Shown: positions 59,818 to 64,000 of the stretch, piece by piece
How positions within the stretch are numbered: position 1 is the stretch's first letter
How the letters are laid out: every line of letters starts with the position of its first letter
NCBI GenBank assembly: GCA_028532855.1
Contig: JAQQAL010000044.1
Span: 14,334-78,333 of the forward strand
From: Candidatus Thalassospirochaeta sargassi
Lineage (GTDB): Bacteria; Spirochaetota; Spirochaetia; UBA9216
Direction: 5' to 3'
Length of the DNA stretch: 64,000 nucleotides
Made by a program: the position numbers and the translations under genes
Notes under the pieces: generated by a model
Database searches by the model: none
Seen by the model: only the letters and a program-made list of their open reading frames with translations
Told to the model about the DNA's origin: nothing

Positions 59818-61152
59818 CTATGTCTGCTCCCGGGCTCCGGCTATCATCCTGTCGTAGTATTCCTTGCTGATAGGGTAGAAAGCAAGAATAAAGATTCCAA
59901 TGATATAGAAAAATGCCGGCGCGGGGCCGCAAATAACCTTGATGCCGGTTATTGTTTCGCGGGTTAGAGCGGTGTCTGGTGTATAGTTGAACAGAGCCAG
60001 GATCCATCCGTTAAGCGCCAGCGCTACGGCCTGCCCAATCTTGCTCAGGAAGGTCCATAGACTCGCGTAAACGCCCTCGCGTCTGACTCCTCCGTGGTGG
60101 ATTGAATCGTGTTCTACAACGTCCGGTAGAATTGAATGCGGAATTACATAGTGAGTGGAAAGCCCCAGGCCGGAGAGTCCCATAATTACTACAGCGCCCC
60201 ATACTCCAACTGCTTCACCTGCAAGCGAAAAGCTTAAAACGCCCGCTGTCATTATTCCCATTCCGATGTTGTAGCACCATTTCTTGCCGATGCGCTGCGA
60301 TATTTTTACCCAGACGGGAATAAAGGCCAGGCTTGTGGTCAGCAGGAAGATAAGTGCTATCTGAAACATTCCCTCATTGTTAAAGATATATTTGAAATAG
60401 TAGAGCAGCGAGCCCTGAACCATTGATGTGCCAAGGATAAACAGGGCCCATGGGATGAGGGCAAGCAGAAAGATCTTGTTTGACAGTGCCTGTGCATAGG
60501 TTTTGAAGAATCCCGTGTCCCCCTGTACCTCGGTATGAATAGGCTCACGGATTGCCCATATGGTTATGAATGAGGTTGCAAGCATTATAAAGCCCGCGAA
60601 ATATCCCATAAAACTCCAGCCTGCTTCGGCAGACTCGAATGCGCCTACAATAGGAAGCACCGCACCGGCTCCCACGAAGGTACCGATTACAGCGAAACTC
60701 ATCCTGTAACCGACCAGAATTGTGCGCTGATCAAAATCCGACGAGAGTTCAGGCAGCATTGCTGTGTAGGGGATGTTTACAAGGGTGTAGGCTGTGTTCA
60801 GCAGACAGTACATGAATACAAAATAAATAAAGAGCCTGGTCTGGTTTTCGACTCCCGGTGCTGTGAACATAAGACCCATGGCAGCCAGGGCTATTATTGA
60901 ACCGATAAACATATAAGGGCGTCTTCTGCCCCAGCGTGTTCTGGTTCTATCGGATAAGAATCCGGTTACAGGATCGGTTATTGCGTCCCAGATTTTGCCT
61001 ATCATTAATACGGTGCCTGCAAGGGCGGGGGCAAGCTGTGCTATGTCGGTCAAATAAAATAGAAGATAAAATCCTATCAGGGTGAAAAACAGATTCCCAC
61101 CGAGATCTCCGATGCCGAATCCCCATTTTATTCTTCTCGTAAGTTCAGTCAT
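59818..61152 (-). CDS. GPH-family MFS sugar:cation symporter
   Basis: WDAITDP.TG.LSDRTRTRWGRRRP, NIPY, DVVE...RREGVY. Confidence 0.92.
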   Translation of the reverse strand: MTELTRRIKWGFGIGDLGGNLFFTLIGFYLLFYLTDIAQLAPALAGTVLMIGKIWDAITDPVTGFLSDRTRTRWGRRRPYMFIGSIIALAAMGLMFTAPGVENQTRLFIYFVFMYCLLNTAYTLVNIPYTAMLPELSSDFDQRTILVGYRMSFAVIGTFVGAGAVLPIVGAFESAEAGWSFMGYFAGFIMLATSFITIWAIREPIHTEVQGDTGFFKTYAQALSNKIFLLALIPWALFILGTSMVQGSLLYYFKYIFNNEGMFQIALIFLLTTSLAFIPVWVKISQRIGKKWCYNIGMGIMTAGVLSFSLAGEAVGVWGAVVIMGLSGLGLSTHYVIPHSILPDVVEHDSIHHGGVRREGVYASLWTFLSKIGQAVALALNGWILALFNYTPDTALTRETITGIKVICGPAPAFFYIIGIFILAFYPISKEYYDRMIAGAREQT

Positions 61153-61285
61153 GCACTGCTCCTGCTGTTTTATTTCGTTAATTGTAAGGGGATATCTGAT
61201 ATAAGCAAAGAGAAAAATTTATCCTGTTTTCATGTAGTATTTAAAAAAGTTTACAAAACCACTTTACTGTGCTAATATTATTTCA

Positions 61286-62515
61286 ATGGAATCATCCAAC
61301 AGGCTCTCAACAAAACAGAACAACCGCAAGCTTATTCTCGATCTTTTCAGGCAGTCCGATGTTCTGTCGGTGGCCGATATAAACTCCAGTACCGGAATAA
61401 GCAAGCCAACTGTGCAGAAGGTGATTAATCACTTTACCGAGTCAGGCCTGATTTTATCCGAAGGCAAGGGGGCATCAACCGAAGAAGGCGGGAAGAAGCC
61501 GCTGCTGTACAGCTTCAACCGTGAATATGGCTTCATCATATGTATTCACCTGGGTCCCGATTTTTTCTATTCTGCAATAGCCGATCTAGGTGCTGAGATT
61601 ATTCATTCTGAGTTCATGCAGGTAGGCAGTCTGAGGGTTGGTGAGCTTCTTGAGCTTTGTGCAGAAAAAATTAACGCTTATGCAGGGCATGACGCTGTTC
61701 TCGAGAGCAGGCTTATTTCGGTATCTATCGCACTGCCCGGCATTGTTGAACCCGAAAGCGGAAAGCTTGTCTTTCTGCCGCATTTTCCCGAGATTGCCGG
61801 CAATTATCCGTTTCTTGATGAGCTTAAAGCCCTGATGTCGGTAGATGCGCCCGTTTATTTTGATAATATCAACCGTCTTCAGGCTTTTGCTGAGATGAAG
61901 ATTGGAGCTGCTGCCGGAAAAGAGAACTTTATGATAATAGATGCCATGGAAGAGGGGCTTGGCAGCGGCATTATAGTAAAGGGTGAGCTGAAACACGGCG
62001 CTCATAATTTTTCCGGTGAAGTTGGTCATATGGTCCTGATGCCTAAAAACGGTCCGCGGTGCATTTGCGGAGGAAGGGGCTGCTTTGAGGCTCTTGTTAA
62101 TCTTAAGCGCATTAACCTCCTTGTAGAAGAGGGCCGGGTGCAATATCCGGATTCTGCTGTGTTCAGAAACGAGAAGCATGATAAGCTGCAGTCGCGTCTG
62201 CTTGAGGCTTTCAAGCTTGACGACCCGCTGGCTATCTCAGTACTCGATGAGATAGCGTTCTGGTTTGCTTCGGGTATCAACAATGCGCAGATGATAAATG
62301 ATCCGGAGCTTATAATCATGGAGGGAATCTATAATCCGTTTGGGGAATCTTTTGTCGGTATGATTAAGGCTCATCTGTCGAAGATGGCTTTTCCGGATAT
62401 AGAGAGGCCTCTGGATATTCAGTTTTCGGGTTTTGGTGTTGAGCGAGGCATTCTCGGGGCTGCCGCCTGGTCTGTCTGGAGTTTTTTTAATCAACAGGAG
62501 CTTTACGCGAGCTGA
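61286..62515 (+). CDS. ROK-family transcriptional repressor
   Basis: HTH ISKPTV, GGKKP, GLGSG, GEVGH, CICGGRGCFE. Confidence 0.92.
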   Translation: MESSNRLSTKQNNRKLILDLFRQSDVLSVADINSSTGISKPTVQKVINHFTESGLILSEGKGASTEEGGKKPLLYSFNREYGFIICIHLGPDFFYSAIADLGAEIIHSEFMQVGSLRVGELLELCAEKINAYAGHDAVLESRLISVSIALPGIVEPESGKLVFLPHFPEIAGNYPFLDELKALMSVDAPVYFDNINRLQAFAEMKIGAAAGKENFMIIDAMEEGLGSGIIVKGELKHGAHNFSGEVGHMVLMPKNGPRCICGGRGCFEALVNLKRINLLVEEGRVQYPDSAVFRNEKHDKLQSRLLEAFKLDDPLAISVLDEIAFWFASGINNAQMINDPELIIMEGIYNPFGESFVGMIKAHLSKMAFPDIERPLDIQFSGFGVERGILGAAAWSVWSFFNQQELYAS

Positions 62516-62593
62516 TTTTTTATAATCAGTTATTAAAATAGTTTTAAAAACCAATTCTATTGGTTTGTTATATTGCTGATATCAGGAGTTTGT

Positions 62594-63388
62594 ATGGAAT
62601 TAGGATTAAAAGGAAAACAGGTGTTTATTACCGGCGGAAGCGTAGGTATAGGGCTTGCTGTGGCCAGGGCCTTTGCAAGAGAGGGTGCTGCGGTCGCAAT
62701 CGGCGCGCGAAATAAAGAAAGGGTTGAAGCGGAAGCAGCAAAGATGGCGGAAGATTTCGGTGTAAAAACTCTGGGAATTTCAGTTGATGTCTCAAAGCCG
62801 GAGGCCATTGAGGCTGCCAGGCTGGTAATCGAGAAAGAGTTCGGCGGAATCGATATCCTTATCAATAATGCAGGAACCGGTACCGAAGAGACTGTTATGG
62901 ACTCAACCGACGAGAAATGGTACGCGGTATGGGATCTGCACGTAATGAGTACAATCCGGACCGCCCGCGCCTTTGTTCCCTATATGCGTAAACGGGGCGG
63001 CGGAGTTATTCTGAACACTGCAAGTATCTGCGCCACCCAGCCGCTTTGGTATGAACCAATCTATAACACCACAAAGGCAGCCCTGCTGATGCTGGGCAAA
63101 TGCATGGCCAATGAATTTATAGAAGATAATATCAGGGTTAACACGATGAGCCCGGGCCTTGTGCTTACCCCGGACTGGTGGAAGACTGCAGGCATTCTTT
63201 CAGAGAAAGAGGGTACAAGCCCGAAAGAATATCTTGACGGTGTAGCTGATCAGTACGCAAAGAATAAGCGTTTCGCAAGCCCCGAGGAGATTGCCGAATA
63301 CTATGTTTTTCTTGCATCCGACTGCGGCAAGTACAGTGTCGGTTCAAACTACTACGTAGACGGCGGCTGGAAAGAAGGTGTTTATTAA
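62594..63388 (+). CDS. SDR, L-sorbose reductase (SboA)-like
   Basis: TGGSVGIG, NNAGTG, WDLHVMS, ASICATQPLWYEPIYNTTKAAL, PGLVLTPDW, KRFASPEE, YSVGS.YYVDGG. These closely track the Gluconobacter L-sorbose reductase sequence as recalled. The AGGAG RBS supports ATG 62594. Confidence 0.8.
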   Translation: MELGLKGKQVFITGGSVGIGLAVARAFAREGAAVAIGARNKERVEAEAAKMAEDFGVKTLGISVDVSKPEAIEAARLVIEKEFGGIDILINNAGTGTEETVMDSTDEKWYAVWDLHVMSTIRTARAFVPYMRKRGGGVILNTASICATQPLWYEPIYNTTKAALLMLGKCMANEFIEDNIRVNTMSPGLVLTPDWWKTAGILSEKEGTSPKEYLDGVADQYAKNKRFASPEEIAEYYVFLASDCGKYSVGSNYYVDGGWKEGVY

Positions 63389-63490
63389 ACCTGCATCTCT
63401 GCAGTTTTAATTAATTAGAGTTTGCGTCACGATGCTATGCAAACCCTGTAAAATAACCTGCCCTCCGTGGCGGAAAGAAGAGGTTGATAT

Positions 63491-64000
63491 ATGAGTAACA
63501 AGATGAAACAGGCGGTGATGACTGCCCCTAAAACTATAAAATTTGAACAGGTTGATATTCCTTCTCCGGGCCCCGGCGAAGTCCAGATAAATATCAAGCG
63601 AATCGGCGTCTGCGGAAGCGACATCCATGTATATCACGGACTGCATCCCTATACGAGCTACCCGATTGTGCAGGGACATGAAACAGCCGGTGAGGTCACA
63701 GCTATAGGTGAGGGCGTAACGGGCATCAAACACGGCGACAAGGTGACCCCCGAACCGCAGGTATTCTGCGGAAAATGCTGGCCATGCACCCACGGCCTGT
63801 ACAATATATGCAATGAACTGAAGGTTATCGGTTTTCAGCAGAACGGCACAGCCTGTGACTACTACGTCTATCCGGCTGACTGCCTTGTGAAGCTTCCGGC
63901 TGAAATGAGCTATGAGCAGGGCGCAATGATTGAGCCGCTGTCGGTTGCTGTACGTGCCGTAAAGAAGGCGGGTGATATAAGAGGCAAGGATGTTCTTGTT
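63491..64000 (+). CDS. Zn-dependent polyol dehydrogenase, 5' part (runs off window end)
   Basis: MSNKMKQAVMTAPK...GVCGSDIH...QGHE...CGKCWPC..G.YNIC...EPLSV. GAGG RBS. Confidence 0.88.
   Translation, partial: MSNKMKQAVMTAPKTIKFEQVDIPSPGPGEVQINIKRIGVCGSDIHVYHGLHPYTSYPIVQGHETAGEVTAIGEGVTGIKHGDKVTPEPQVFCGKCWPCTHGLYNICNELKVIGFQQNGTACDYYVYPADCLVKLPAEMSYEQGAMIEPLSVAVRAVKKAGDIRGKDVLV

Noticed and set aside
61586-62179. 197-aa antisense ORF within the ROK gene
   Set aside because: A shadow ORF with no independent signals.

Overview
About 64 kb of bacterial chromosome with roughly 45% GC. Gene content (PEGA/Kelch lipoproteins, MCP, GSIII, sigma-54 promoters) suggests a free-living anaerobic spirochaete, but this is an inference. 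No rRNA, tRNA, CRISPR array, prophage or transposase was recognised. (1) 1-9100 is a nitrogen-assimilation cluster: gltB (5' part), an NrpR-family repressor, a divergent NifA-like GAF-AAA+-HTH sigma-54 activator, and amtB-glnK-glnA (GSIII). Its cis-sites are readable: a 24-bp palindrome over the gltB promoter, CCTACA-N4-TGTAGG boxes at both ends of the activator gene, a -24/-12 promoter, and a hairpin array before glnA. (2) 9350-16026 is a LacI-controlled alpha-glucoside operon with a GH65 phosphorylase/beta-PGM fusion. (3) 16-45 kb holds mixed housekeeping and signalling genes: an NDK-like protein, a frameshifted PEGA protein, sigma-54-driven hsp20, a membrane PAS-CBS-DUF294 nucleotidyltransferase, a DEAD-box helicase, a GK5-like kinase, glmS, a GGDEF/EAL pair, menA, GT4 and an MCP. 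(4) 45-64 kb holds polyol/sugar-acid catabolic genes. Two separated transcription units there share a 23/27-identical operator-promoter, and there is a close homologue of L-sorbose reductase. Several genes look leaderless. All family calls come from motif recognition by eye, not from database searches.
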